Position numbers and translations under genes: made by a program. The notes under the pieces are model-generated. The model ran no database searches, was not told the DNA's origin, and saw nothing but the letters and a program-made list of their open reading frames with translations. A stretch of DNA of 64,000 bases from Parasitella parasitica NRRL 2501 (Eukaryota > Fungi > Mucoromycota): NCBI GenBank assembly GCA_025201805.1, contig MU619258.1, forward strand, positions 1-64,000, given 5' to 3'. Below, piece after piece: positions 49,352 to 63,464 of the stretch; within the stretch, counting starts at the first letter, position 1, and each line of letters opens with the position of its first letter.

Positions 49352-51486
49352 CTATTTTCTTTCTTCTTCTTCTTCTTGATCTTCGGGACCCGCAAGTGAT
49401 TGCAACTGAACAAGTTTACGGAAAACGCCATTTTCACGGCTCAGTAATTCATAATATGTGCCTAATTCAGCAACACGACCATCGCTTAAACAAGCAACAA
49501 GATCAGCAGAACGAATGGTCGACAAACGATGAGCAATGGTAAACACGGTGCGACCCTGCATCAAGCGGTTCAATGCTTCTTGAACCAAAACTTCAGATTC
49601 GGAATCTAAGGCACTAGTTGCTTCATCCAGAATAAGGATCTTTGGATCTTTTAATAGAGCTCTAGCAATAGCAATTCTTTGCTTTTGACCGCCACTTAAA
49701 CTAATGCCACGCTCACCAACAACTGTATTATACTTGTCAGCAAAAGTATTGATGAACGATGCACAATTGGCCTTGAAAGCCGCATCTTCGATCTCTTGCA
49801 ATGAAGCATTTTCTCGACCATAGGCAATATTCTCGGCAATTGTACCAGCAAACAACGTTGGCTCTTGAGACACAACACCTACTTGCTCACGCCACCAACG
49901 TAAATTAATATTCTTGATGTCGGTATCATCAACGTAAATGTTGCCCGCAATGGGATCATAATAGCGCAGCAGTAGAGATCCAATTGTTGATTTTCCTGAC
50001 CCAGAGGGCCCAACAACTGCCACAACAGTGCCAGGTTGAACCGCTAATGAAAAGTTTTTGAATATTTGGGAATGAGGACGAGTTGGATAGCTAAAATCGA
50101 TGCCTTCGAATTTGATCTTTCCCTTCACATCACAAAGAGTTTTGCCGCTTTCCAGCTTGATTGGACTCTTGCGGTCCAGCAATTCAAAGATTCTGTCAGA
50201 AGCGCCAACTCCCTTCATAATTTCAGAGTAAAAAGATGTCATTCCTCCCAAAGCAGTGCCCACGTAGGCAGTGTACAGCATAAATGATGTTAATTCACCA
50301 ATTGTAATCACATTTTGCATCACCATTTGACCCCCATACCACAAGACGGCCAAAACTGCTAGATTGCCAGATAATCCAGCGGCACCAAAAAATGCAGCAC
50401 TAGCAAACGCTTCCTTTTTTGCTAATGTAAACACATCCAGCACACGAAGGCCATAGCGCTTTTGCTCTGCTTCCTCTTTGGCGAACGCCTGCACCGTACG
50501 AATACTGCTAATGCGTTCTTCTGCCACTTTGGTAATCTCACCCAATGCAGTTTGAGTCTTTCTCGACAATGTCTTTACATACCGCCCATATACAATACCG
50601 AATAAAGCAACAGGAGGAACAATAAGCATCATGATACCTGTCAACTTGGGGCTCACAACCAGCATCATTGAAGAGCCAACGGTGGCAGTTGCCAAGGCCC
50701 TACATACACATAGCACATCAGTGGATATCCAAATACGAGCAACAATCAGGCCATATTACCTAAGTCCATCACTCACATTTCCTGTCAAACTTTTCCCAAC
50801 TATGGCTGTATCAGTGGATAATCTTGAGATCAGTTCACCCGTTCTGTTTTTATCAAAAAAAGCCATGTCTTGCTTTAGGATTGACTTATACAGATCGTTG
50901 CGGAGACCCTGAATAATCCTCTCGCCTGCAATACGAAATAGCAGCACACGACCAGCATTAGCAGCTGCCCCTAGAACGAATACCATAGATAATGCACCCG
51001 CAAACTCTGGCATTGTCAGCCCAAGATAACTATCCATGTCAGGATGAGTAACAATGTCGATGATTTTTCCCATTGAAAAGGGAACAGACTTTAAAGGTTT
51101 AGCTTTACGCATCAAGAATACCATTGGTAACTTACCATGGTGATGGCAGACGATACCACCAATAATCCTGTGGCACCTTTACATGAAAACATGGTTAGCA
51201 TGCTCGCCCTTTTTTCGTATAATAACGCTTTACCTGCAATTCTCTTGCTCTCAGACTTTGCAAGGCGGAACAGCTTTTTGATTTCTCCAGGATTTGCAGT
51301 TTTCTTTGACACAGGAGTTTGCTCTTTCAATTCTTCCAGCGCTGCTCGTCGACATGATTGACTTGATGTAAAAGAACGATGCAAAGAAAGTTGTTGAAAA
51401 CCATTGAATTTGGAACTCGAGAGAAGTTTAGGTTGCTTTTTGCATAACCTTGTTAGCCTTATATTAGAGGCAACGCATCTGAACAT
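49352..51486 (-). CDS. MDL1: Mitochondrial ABC half-transporter MDL1/ABCB10-like
   Basis: Presequence-like N-terminus, FFDKNRTGELISRLSTD, Walker A GPSGSGKS, LSGGQKQRIA, LDEATSALD and IAHRLST. Confidence 0.92.
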
Positions 51487-53131
51487 GATGAATTGAAGAC
51501 AAAAAATAACTGTAAACAAGAGAAAAAAAAAGAGCTGCAAAACAAAACATGTACAGTGTGGCCGGTAGAAAAAAATAAACACTTTGCGTTCATTTTTTTA
51601 TTGGCCCAAGTTCGCTTTTTTGCAAATAGCTTTTACATCACCCAAAATTCGTCAAATTTCGCAATGAAGATCGGTGGGGCGACATCCTGGACATGTAATC
51701 GATGAGGCAAGGGACTTTAAAGAAATCCACCTTCCCCAATATGGCCAATGTTCTTGGAGCAAGCCAAAAGCTCAGGTGAGTTCATAAGAGAAGTGGGGCG
51801 GTATTAGTCAAATGATGGAGTAATAAGTTCGTATTTTCAGTTAAAACGTACTATTCAGTGAACGCCCTTTGGAAAAAAGGGACAAACCTACTTTGCCAAC
51901 CCTGCCTGTTCACAAACGCAGTGGACAAGTAGTCGTCCAAACTCATGAGGAAAGGAAGTGCAAGTCAACAAAGTGGTCAGGCGCCGTAACCATAGAACTT
52001 CCGCCCATGTCTTATAAGAGACGCGGTACTTTAGAAAAGCATCACACCGGTTTTTAGAAAGGAGAACGTAAAGTTGTCCATGCTCAAAGACGGGAGATGT
52101 TGGATATAATCTAAACAAAGTTAATGTTTAGCCTTGAGCATTATTGATGGTCATTGATAAAGCCAATCGAATTTATCTCATACATCATGTCATGAACAAG
52201 TTCCGCATTAGGGATTCCTGTAACATTCATGCAATTATTCAACTCATTTTCCGAATCAATGATTTAAATCATTGACCTGGCGCGATATTTCTAGTTCACA
52301 ATCGTCATGCATATGTGCCGTGTATGACGCTCTCTTCCACACGGAGAGCAAAGAACTGGTGGTATGTTGAGGATTTGGAGTCTATTCCTCAGCAACACCA
52401 CACGATAAATCACAACATTAGAAGTTGTCAGTATTCTCGTCGTACAGTATCGGTGTGATCGACGTTGATGCCAAGGTCAATTACACCATTCACAAATCAA
52501 TACATTCTCTTCGGGTACAGGTTCTATTTCAAAACCGCGAGGCAGATGCCCTGAATCTTATCAGATCGAAAACTTACATTCAGGAGCTTCAGGGTTCATT
52601 GAAGAAGGATTGTTTTGAGACAAATTGCTTGGTCAGTAAGAAGTAAATAGGTGCTTTGAACTCGAACTGTTTGCTGCCTATGTAGTCTCTGCTTACAAAT
52701 CATTACACTATTTTGTACCTGTGGATATAATACATATGGATGTACATATTTTTAGATGGTATGATATGGGCGTTATTATGATATTCTACAGCAAAATCAT
52801 TGCTTTTTTTATATGCATTAGTTTATGGTAATAAATGCTTTACAACGAATGCTGAGCAGAAATCAATTTAACCAAACTACTAATTGTAATGCATTTATGA
52901 GCATATGTTTGAAATCATGAACTCAAAGCTGATTTTGTACTTTAAATGAAATGAAATGATATCTTTTACTTAATATCAGTATCTATTCACGCCGAAATAT
53001 GTTTCAAGCTCTGATGTTTTATTGCTCGCATCAATTTTATTTTACTGAATGGATCATTATTAGAAATACAATCGGTGTTGATTAACAATCACAATTCACA
53101 CCTTATATGTTCAGCTACACAAATTCCTTGC

Positions 53132-53353
53132 TGATTCATTAGAATGAGAAATTATTCAAACAAGACGTTTGTGAATTAATCAGGTGAAATTCTCATTTAT
53201 TACATGGTTTATATACTTGTGAATCTTATGGACTGATGGGGGGGATACGATATATGTGTGAAACATGGTGTGATTTAAAGAGTGCAACGATAGATTGTAT
53301 TCATTGTCCATGGCCATGTCATGAAGTGTTATACACAAGGAGCTTGATCCATT
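53132..53353 (+). repeat. Dispersed copy of the ~240-bp repeat at 10071-10556
   Basis: AGAATGAGAAATTATTCAAA...GTGAATTAATCAGGT...TTTATTACATGG...ACATGGTGTGATTTA...AACGATAGATTG are shared. Confidence 0.85.
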
Positions 53354-53965
53354 CAATCTTTGTTATATCTACCATCTGGAAATTACCCAAACGACACACA
53401 TCACGAGACTATATATTTCAAACTTCGATACAGAAAACCGAAAAACGTTTTTTTGCAAATAACTTTTGATAGAGACATTGCCCAGTGGAAATCAAGTTAT
53501 GCTCAGATAGCGATGATCATGCCTGTTCTTATGGCGCATAAGACAATGTTTATTTTGCTGTTTATGGAAGCCTAGAATCGATTATATGCAATTCTGATAT
53601 GTAAATTTGTGATGTCATCTGATAACTTTATAGATATCGATGAAAACATGGAATCCGATGTTGTTGCCAGATAGAGGTGAGTCAAAGCTAAGTTTTCCAA
53701 GTTAGATCTCGGTTCTAAGGTCATTTTAGCACACGCTAAGAACAACTAATCAGCAAGCTGTCATCGGGTCTTGCAGTAATAAACAGATATTCAATGATAT
53801 AGCCAATATCTTAAATATAATCAGCAATAGTAGCAATGATGAGCATCTTAGCGAAAGTAAAGTTTTTGGGTTTTGACATTTAATTGCCAAACAAGATTAT
53901 AACACAGTTGACCCAACCTATGCGTATCAGGTTTTATTTTTTTCTCATTTACAAGAAAATTTAGA

Positions 53966-55798
53966 TCATTGCGAGGTATCAATCGTAAAATTAACAATTT
54001 GGGGCAAATAGGCGTAAGAACTAAGATCCAATATATAAATATCATCAGAAAAGCTGGAGCCATTGTAGCCACCGAATAAAAAGATTCTGCTATCGTACAA
54101 TACAGATGTATGATAACCACGAGGCGATGGTGCCTGGCCATATACAGTTCTTGTTTCCCAGCTCATATTGACTACATATCGAGTACCCGGAAACTTTAGA
54201 TGCGAACGTGATAATAGGAAGCATTTGACTTACCCAGATTCAACATTAGTAAGTCGTTCCGGTATTGGCTGCCATCGTGTCCTGCGAGAATAAACAGAAA
54301 GGATCCAACACAAATGGCAGAATGGGATAGTCTTGGCAGGTGTTCATCCAAATGGATAGGGTGCCACGTATTTGTCTCTAGATCCAGCACATGAATTCCT
54401 CCAAAGCACTCTTTACCATCACTGCCACCGAATACAACAAGCTTATTCCCTACCAAGGTGCCTGTATGATACCCGCGACACGTTGGCGTGTTTCCTTTTG
54501 TGTTGATTTGCCTCCATTCTTTTGTTTTAAGATCTAGACAATGTACATCGTTCAGTGCCTTGGTGCCATCCCCTCCGCCAAAAATATATATGGTGTCTTG
54601 CCAAAGAATGGATATATGCGCACGTCGCTCAGAGGGCTTCTGACCCAGCGTTTTTGGCCTGGACCATACCATGGTGTGTGTGTCCAGCATATAAAAATGG
54701 TTATGATACTTTTGGCCATCTCCTCCGCCGAATAGGTATATTCTACCGTTATTTGGGTTAACTAGCAAGCAATGTGCTCTGCACGCAGGTGGAAGTGTTC
54801 CATACACTCGAGGCTTAGACCAAGTAAATGTATCTAAACGCTTGCATTAATGGCGAACAAGCAAAAACAACGATAAAAGTCCTACCTAATTCCAAGACGT
54901 AAAGTGTATCCGAACATGAGTTCTTGCTGGTGCCACCGTAAACAAACATTTTTCCATCGTAAACAACACTTGCATGAGCTCTTAGTTTGGGCGGCCTTGC
55001 TCCGTACATCTCGGGGCTTGACCAATACATGGCAGGAGCAGGAGCATAACCAACCTCCTCGCCCGAGCCTTTCTGTTTATTCACTGCTGTTGCTGCTGCT
55101 TTTATGAAGGTCTTGTCATTCTCGATCGATCGACCTTCAAACATGGATTTCGCCTGCGTTTTTTCAGTCTTAGTAACAACAAGCGACGTAAAAGACGGGC
55201 TCGATGGGATCTTGGGGACTAATATTGGCGATTCTGTGTTAGTGCCTACAATTTAATAGCATCTCCATGTGTATATAATACTTTGTATTACTTGGGGTGG
55301 ATGATATTGTGTCATGATGTGACGATCTCGAGAGAATTGAATAGGACGGAAATGACTGGATAGATAGATCCGAAGTAGAGGAAGACCCAAACGTCTCGAA
55401 ACTTGACTGGGTTGTAGGCGATGGCCCAAGATGAGACGTCGAATGGCTATTTCTCATTCCTGTTGATGTGGATGTGGGAATGGGGCTTGATAGATTACTT
55501 GGTATCGGACTAAAATTCTGCTGCATAAAAGAAGGGCATCCTAAAGTCGAGCTACTGGAATTTGAATTGTGCGACGAGGTAGATGGTCTATGTATACATA
55601 CGTATTGCATTAGTAGATGAATACAACATACAAAACAGTTTCTATATACTTGGGTAGTGCTGATGTCTGGGGCCTTCCGCTTGCTGAAAGTGATCTTTTC
55701 ATCCGTGATATGATTCCCTTATTTTTCTTCCCATTCATGTTGCTTTTCTGGCTGGGGGAATCAAATTCCAAAGGATCATTCTCTTGACTTTGAGCCAT
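53966..55798 (-). CDS. Kelch-repeat protein with Ser-rich N-terminus
   Basis: Six kelch repeats (MFVYGG, IYLFGGGDG, IYIFGGGDG, VVFGGSDG, LAGHDG, FLFGGYNG). Multi-exon. Confidence 0.9.
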
Positions 55799-57038
55799 GG
55801 CAATTGCTCTTGTGTAAAAAAAAAAAAAAAAAAAAAAAAGGCGAAAGAAAGAAAAGAAAACAAGCTGCCAGCTGTTGAACAAGAGTAAATAAAGTTTCGG
55901 TCGTGTCACCATCTCCTTATTCAATACGATTGCACACTAGAAGAACAGTTTTATTTCATTGTTTAGTGTAGACTTTATGTACTTACTTGGGATATTAAAA
56001 TTTTCAGGGATTACTATATAGGAGTCAAAAGGGTCTATCAAGAAACTTGATGTACACGCAAGATTTACGTTCTAGCAGCAAGCTAAATGGGATCAGGGAA
56101 CTACAGCCTAGCCTCTGGTGTGCACAAATATCATAGTTTTTCAAATAGTATACTGTATTTTTATTTGCAATACCAGATTAGAATGAGTGTAGAAGATACT
56201 CGCGGGGGTTTTTTTTTAACATCTCATCAATCAACATTTATGTAGCATGAATTCATTCCTTAATATTTTTAAGCACCAGATTGCATTGCTGTCTAGCATT
56301 ACTTGGGCTCATCAGAATCATATTCCCAAAAAATTAATGTCCAACTTTGTTGTCGTTTTTTATAGGTTTACTTGCTGGAGCTTGCGAATCTAGATATCCG
56401 TACAGCCCAAGTTCTGTCATCTATTTTCCCGGTTTTTAACTGTGGGGTCCTCCTGAAAACTCTGCACGCAAAGCCGAAGGTGCTGTTCTATATGAATACA
56501 AACACTTCAAACACCTAGTATAGTCATCACGTAATAACACCCTCTTCCACGCACAAAAACATCACCACTATCCCCCCCCCCTTTTGAATATCGAATAAGT
56601 GTGATAAAACCATCGTCTTGATTAAAATACGGAGAAGAGTATAGCGTAGTTTTACTCTGCCTATGCCATTTATTTTTGAAATATGAAAGACTGAAATATC
56701 GAAAAAGGATTTATATGGTAACATGTGTATGCGAATGCATGTAAACTACTATGAATTGCTCTGTTCCTCGCTCTGTGGTGTATGTCTGACATTTTACAGG
56801 CAGGTAGCTTTGTGGGATAATTTTTTATCGAGTTGCACCGTATTGAAAGACACGCACTAAACTAGTTGAAAGCGCAGATGGGCATAGTTAAATTCCCAGT
56901 TGAGAAGTAAATCAACTTACTAAGCCAAATAGTGAGGGGCATCTGTATAACTTTGGTATTCCTTTCCATTTTTTTCTTTATTTTTTTTTTTTTGTTGTTG
57001 TTTGAAACATTCTACATTATTGACTAAATTTTTTATTG

Positions 57039-58145
57039 ATGGTCCTTGTTACAAAACTGACTAAATTGCTCAATATAAAACACCCCATCATTCAAGGTAT
57101 GCTGCATATACATGTATGATATCATATGTGGTTATCTTTGAAATTGACAGTTCGTTTTCAAGGTGGCATGCAACATATTGGTACAGCAGAATTAGCATCT
57201 GCAGTGTCGAATTCAGGGGCGTTGGGTATCTTGACAGGTTTGACCCAACCCACACCAGAAGCTTTGCGTAAGGAAATCAGGCGCTGTCAAACCATGACAG
57301 ACAAGCCTTTTGGAGTCAATCTGACATTTTTGCCTGCTATCAATCTTCCTCCTTACAAGGAATATGCCCAGGCAATCATTGAAGAAGGAGTTCCAATCGT
57401 AGAGACAGCAGGAAATAATCGTAAGAAACTAATATATAGCCTGTGGCACACAGACACGCAACTCATATTTCTTGGTTTTCAAGCTGGAGAATACATTAGA
57501 ATGTTCAAAGCAGCCAACATTAAAACTATTCATAAATGTGTGGCTGTTCGCCATGCGTTGACAGCTCAGCGTCTTGGCGTTGATATGGTGTCCATGGACG
57601 GGTTTGAATGTGCGGGCCATCCAGGCGAAGATGACATTACAGCACTCATCTTGTTGGCGAAATCAGCGCGAGTACTAGATATCCCATTTGTTGCCTCTGG
57701 AGGCATTGGAGACGGCAGGGGCTTAGCCGCAGCTTTGGCTCTTGGAGCAGAGGGGGTCAACATGGGGTCTCGATTCATGTGCACACAAGAAGCGCCGGTG
57801 CATGAATCGATCAAGCAAAAGATGGTGGAGTCAGACGAGCGATCGACAACGTTAGTCTATAGGCCTTTTAAAAATACAGCTAGGATATTCAAGAACAAGA
57901 TTGCTGTTGAAGTGAATCTACGCGAAAAAAACCCCAACGTCAAGTTTGAGGACATTGTCGAACTGGTTGCAGGCGTTCGAGGCAAACAAGTGTTTATGAA
58001 CGGAGACAGTGATTTTGGCGTTTGGACGGCTGGCCAAGTGTTGGGCCTAATTGACGATGTGCCGACTTGTGATGCGTTGGTGAATCGCATGGTGGATGAA
58101 GCCGAATCGATTGTAAGAGTTCGACTTTCTGGCATGATTCAATAA
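57039..58145 (+). CDS. Nitronate monooxygenase / 2-nitropropane dioxygenase family flavoprotein
   Basis: HPIIQ|GGM, TDKPFGVN, DGFECAGHPG and ASGGIGDGRGLAAALALGAEGVNMGSRF. Two introns. Confidence 0.92.
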
Positions 58146-58287
58146 AATCCTATTAAGGCGGGGATTTACTTGGTGACATGAAATAAGAATGATACAAGCA
58201 CTTTTTTTTTTTCTTCCCTTTTTCTTCTCTTTTTGTTTCAATTCTTATACGCCAACAACCGTGTTTACAACTTTTAAAGGAAATAAT

Positions 58288-59744
58288 ATGGGCCAGACAC
58301 TCTCTTCACCCATTACCACAAAGCACACTACTGAGGGAAAGGACAAACGACTCTCGTTTGGCGCTTCGTCTATGCAAGGCTGGAGGATAAGTAAGACTTG
58401 TATAGGTACAGAATCAACATGCGTTAAAATCTCCTTATTGCTTGCATACTAGACATGGAGGATGCCCACACCCATATACTGAATTACGAGAATACTGGTG
58501 CCAGCTTTTTTGCTGTGTTTGATGGACATGGAGGTAGGTAAAGCACGCATCTCTAATGCAGACGGTTGGTTTATTCGTTGCTTTGGTAGGTGCCAATGTA
58601 GCCAAATACAGCAGCAAAAACCTCTATAGAATCGTGATGGAATCGGACGATTTTAAAAAGGAAAAATTCAAGGATGCCCTTCGCAAAGGATTTTTACAGA
58701 TTGACCAGGATTTACGTGCAGGTATGATAAATGCGTAACACGAGTTTTGGAAAAGCGTTAGCTCACATTTGCATAAATTTCCACAAAAAGACCCCGAATA
58801 CGAGCATGAAACCTCTGGTTGTACTGCAATTGTTGCATTGCTAACAAAAAATAACGATTTGTATGTCGTAAGTATGGATGCATTCGATAGTCAATACTGG
58901 ACTAAACCACATGATGAATAAAGAGCAACGCTGGCGATTCTCGTGCAATCATCTGCAGTGATGGACAAGCCATCCCTTTGTCCGAAGATCATAAACCGGG
59001 CAACCCAAAAGAGACTGAGCGTATCGAAAAAGCTGGCGGACATGTAGAGTTTGGCCGAGTTAATGGTAACACGACCATGGCAAATGGCTGATGTATTGGG
59101 GTCTGACCAAGTCTTGACAATAGGAAATCTTGCATTGTCGCGGGCTTTGGGTGATTTCGATTTCAAAAAGGCAAAAGTGCCAGCAGAAGAACAGGCTGTA
59201 ACAGGTTTGTTGGATCCACGAAATTTTCTAGAATGACTTTTTTTTTTTAAACTCTTCTCACCGATCTGTTTCAGCTGATCCTGACATTACAGTGCGTACA
59301 ATAACTGACAAGGACGAGTTTATGGTGTTAGCTTGCGATGGAATTTGGGATTGTCTATCCAACGAACAAGTAGCTGCATATGTTCGAAAGCACGTTGCCA
59401 ACAATGTCTCATTAGAGGAGATTTGTGAAAAACTGATGGACAGCTGTCTGGCTGACTCAACAAGCACTGGTGGAGTTGGGTGTGACAATATGACGGTTGA
59501 AATTGTTGCATTTTTGAATGGTCAAACAGAGGACAAATGGTATGCGAAAATCAGAGAATCTGTCGCCGCTCTATCTCCAATGGATATTGTCAACAGTATT
59601 GATTCTCCACAAGAAGTTGACGTTGATAAAAGAGGTACTAAGTCTGAATCATGACAGTATTCCGTTGACGAATAGAGAAATGCTCACAACTTTACCTCTT
59701 CTTTATTAGACCATCAACCAGAGAAAGAAAAAAAGGCTGAATAG
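58288..59744 (+). CDS. Protein phosphatase 2C (Ptc2/Ptc3-like)
   Basis: MGQTLSSP, SSMQGWR, MEDAH, VFDGHG, NAGDSR, LALSRALGDF, LACDGIWD and GCDNMT. Confidence 0.93.
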
Positions 59745-59969
59745 ACATCATACGTAAATATTGAAATGACATTTATTTGCTATTTTACGACCTTTCACAT
59801 TTGTGTAAAGATGTTGTACACTTACAATGTTAATAAATAATCCCCCCCCCCTTTTTTTTTTCTTGAGTATTTCATAGTTTATCCTGCAGTTGTTGCATTT
59901 GCTTTTGCTTTATGCAAGAATCCAAGATTAATGATATGGGATATTTACATTTTATTTTGATTACAAGAT

Positions 59970-60838
59970 CTATTTAGTATTGACGCCCAACTCTGGAAGC
60001 CTCTCGATGACATATTTGTGATTGGCAATGTACATGATAGGGATGCCTGGTACTTTGCGAATACGACGCTTCAAATCGCGATCACATGTCGCCACAATAT
60101 AACACTTGTGTTGCATCACTCGATTCACCAAGCAATCATCTGCATAGGTGCCCTTATGAGAGCATGGAAGGCGTTCAAAGCGAGGGTCTCGGGCGATTCT
60201 GCTCGTCGGGTTAAAGATCTGTCACGCTAAACATTGCAAATTTGTTATCTACTTACTTTAATGCAATGCGATATTTGGGCCCTAATTTCTCCAATTCTGC
60301 TAAAACACAATCCGTAATGCAAGGAACAGCTATCACACAGTAACTATTAGATAATGAAATGCACAAACCCGGGAACAGATACTAACATTTCGCATAAAGG
60401 CAATCCATCATGGATTTGACAAGTTCGAGCTTATTTTGAATAGAAAAGTTAATGAAATTGGTATCGACCAAGATGTGATATGGAGGACCAAGCGCACTAT
60501 TATATTGGAAAAACATGGAAGAAGCGACTTGGGGACTAGATGATAACGTTGGTTAACAAACGAGAAGCTCACACTACTATACCAAAGCACTCACACATGA
60601 CGTACAGCTTTCTCTTCCTTCTTCTCCTCTTTTTTCTTTTGGTTTTCTCGGTTATCCTTCCTACAAGTCTAATATTAGTCAACCTAATTGCAAAATTTGT
60701 CCTTGTGCCTACAATCGAGTATCGTTTGTGCTGATCATACGTTTGACTTGTGCAAACTTTCTAGTGGTTCTGGCTTTACCCTGAGCAGCATAAATTAATA
60801 CATGCTCGACTGTCTTTGCAGTAGCTATCCCTTACCAT
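59970..60838 (-). CDS. FCF1: rRNA-processing PIN-domain nuclease Fcf1/Utp24, multi-exon
   Basis: M|[27 protein letters not shown] and [19 protein letters not shown]...[23 protein letters not shown]. Not in the ORF track. Confidence 0.92.
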
Positions 60839-62088
60839 GATGTGAGATATGTGGTATGTATGGAAGAGAGATATTGCAGTTTGATTTTTTTTTTTTTTCT
60901 TCTTTCATGTTGTGACCTTTTTAACTGTAATCTGGACTGCCAAGCAGTCGTACAACGGCAACTGTTCAATGAAATAAACTGCAATTTTGCAGTTATGAAC
61001 CTAATACTATGAAAAGCTATGTCATCAGTTTCAAGAGCCAGTACGATAAATGCATCGTCTATCTTGAGCTAGATTAACTTGGGTTATCAGATTTGGAGAG
61101 AAAAAATCCAGTAAAGCTAATGAAATGGAGCTCTGGTGGTTCACTCATCTGCTGCCCATAACTGGCTCGAAGCATGACGTGATAGATTGGCGACTAGCGA
61201 ATCCGTGGTTGCTCAGCATCTGATGATATTGAAACAATTTTAAAATGTCTGTAAAACTCGCTGAACTCAAGACTGTGCATGCTTAAACATTGGTAATCTA
61301 TGTAAAACATTGGGATCTATGTAAATATTAACAGCATCAGCCAAAAATATTCTTATCGGGCGTGTTACTGTAGAGGGTTTACTCAAAGCCATATCGTAAT
61401 GCTCCGATTTCATATGTTTCATCTCAATATATAGAATGAAGAATAGAGTGATTTTCCCTTGCCACAGAAGACAATGGCAAAAAGAGTTGATGGTATCTGT
61501 GATTATATCTCAACCACGCCTCTTTTTGGAGAATATAAACTTTCACAGATTTTATCTCCGGATTCGAGAAATCATTGAGTCATGGTCTAAAGGCCAATCA
61601 ACCGAGCAACGTCGTTTGAAATGCTCGATATAGAAAGGCTTTTTTCCACGGTGATGGGCATATTTTGTGCGCAAAACATTACAAATGGTTTTAAATGTAA
61701 TATGTCAAAATATCGTGAGAAATACTGTACAGTAGCAAAAGTCTCGTATTCCTACTCTCGTTCGGATTCTGTTACTTCCAGTGTATCAGTCAACCACTGT
61801 GAAGCAATGATAACTCGGACCGGATGATAGAAGAAACCATATGACTCAGTTACCCATAAAAGTATATTGTTCAAATGATTGGGGACGTAGAGACCTAGCG
61901 CCGTCTGTTTCGACACTGTGTGAGACATGGGCTATTTTTTGGGCTTCGATCCCATATAATAAACGGTTCAATTGAGTAAAACTAATTCTTCGTTATTCTC
62001 TCTCGTTTTTATTTCCTATTCTTTCCATCTTTTTTGGTTTTTTTTTTTTTTTTTTTTTGCTGAATCCAACTAGACCAAATTATACAAA

Positions 62089-63464
62089 ATGTCTCTGGAA
62101 CTTGATAATTTAGACAAGAAAACTAATGATTTCCAAGAAGGACCCATTACATTTGAAGCTTATAGCGGTAAATTGAATACACAGACCAAAAAGATGTTGC
62201 AGATATTAATTGTTACCATGTAGAGGCAGATGTAGATTTTTCCGATGAAGGACTGGTGGACATTGACAGAAGCCACGCAGGCTCATCATTTCTCGCATAT
62301 TTTAATGTGGTTTGCGTGGTAGCAGGCACTGGTACTCTTGGGCTTCCTTACGCTCTTCGTTTAGGTGGTTGGATTGGCATTTTCATCCTAGTTTTGGCAT
62401 GGACCATGTCAGTTTATACCGGTATTCTGCTCATCAGATGCCTGTATGCGAATGGTAAGCGTCGCCTGTCTACCTACAAGGAAATAGCTACCACATGTTT
62501 TGGTATCATCGGCGGCTGGATCACTTTTTTCTTCAATGCTTGGATTCTTTTGGGCGCTCCTATTCTATATATCGTTCTTTCTGGCGCAAATTTGAATGAA
62601 CTTTGCAAAGGCACTGCTGGCGAGATCGGCACTTTGCCTTGGAGCATCATTTCTTGTGTTATTGTTGCTGTTCCTTTCATCCTTGTAAAGTCAATGAAGG
62701 AAGTAGCTTGGATGAGTGCGCTGGGCGCTGTTGCCACTCTCGTCGTTGTTATCATATGCTTGGTTGTCGAATGCATTGATAGGAAGACTTTAGGCGATGT
62801 ACATCATGATGCAGTCATTTGGCCTCAGTTTCCTATTGCTTTGAGCACCATCTCCTTCTCATTTGGTGGCAACGTTGTTTATCCTCACGTCGAGGCATCG
62901 ATGAAGAGGCCTAAAGATTGGCCAAAGGTGGTTGCTGCTGGCTTGAGCACCTGCGCTGTCTTGTATTTCCTTTCTGCTGTCCCGGGTTATCTAGTTTATG
63001 GCGACACTGTCAAATCTCCTGTCTATGAATCCATCAGCGATGGTGTCCCCAAAATCATTGCCATTGTTGTCATGACTTTCCACGTGCTTACAGCCACTCC
63101 TATTTTGCTTACTTCGTTTGCTTTAGATGTGGAGGAAATGCTCAATGTTACAGTTGAACGTTTTGGTAGACTCAAGGAGTTTTTGATTCGTGCTTCTCTT
63201 CGAATTGTAACAGTCGTTTTTGTGGGTGTCATTGGCGCTGTTATTCCTCACTTTGATGACTTGATGTCCTTGATCGGTTCGTTTGCAAACTGTGGTTTGA
63301 TTTTTATCTTTCCCATCGTATTTTATTTCAGGCTTACGGGATTTAGAAACAAGCCAATTTATGAAATCGCTTGGTGCTGCCTCACTATTTTAATGGGTCT
63401 CGTTGGTCTCATTTTTGGTACCATTTCATCCATTGAAAATCTTATTGCTGATTTCAAGAGCTAA
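62089..63464 (+). CDS. Amino-acid transporter (Aa_trans, AVT1-like)
   Basis: NVVCVVAGTGTLGLPYA, FSFGGNVVYP and about 11 TM segments. Short first exon. Confidence 0.9.

Noticed and set aside
51740-52650. Short ORFs between MDL1 and the kelch gene
   Set aside because: No recognisable motifs and multiple stops; a gene cannot be supported.
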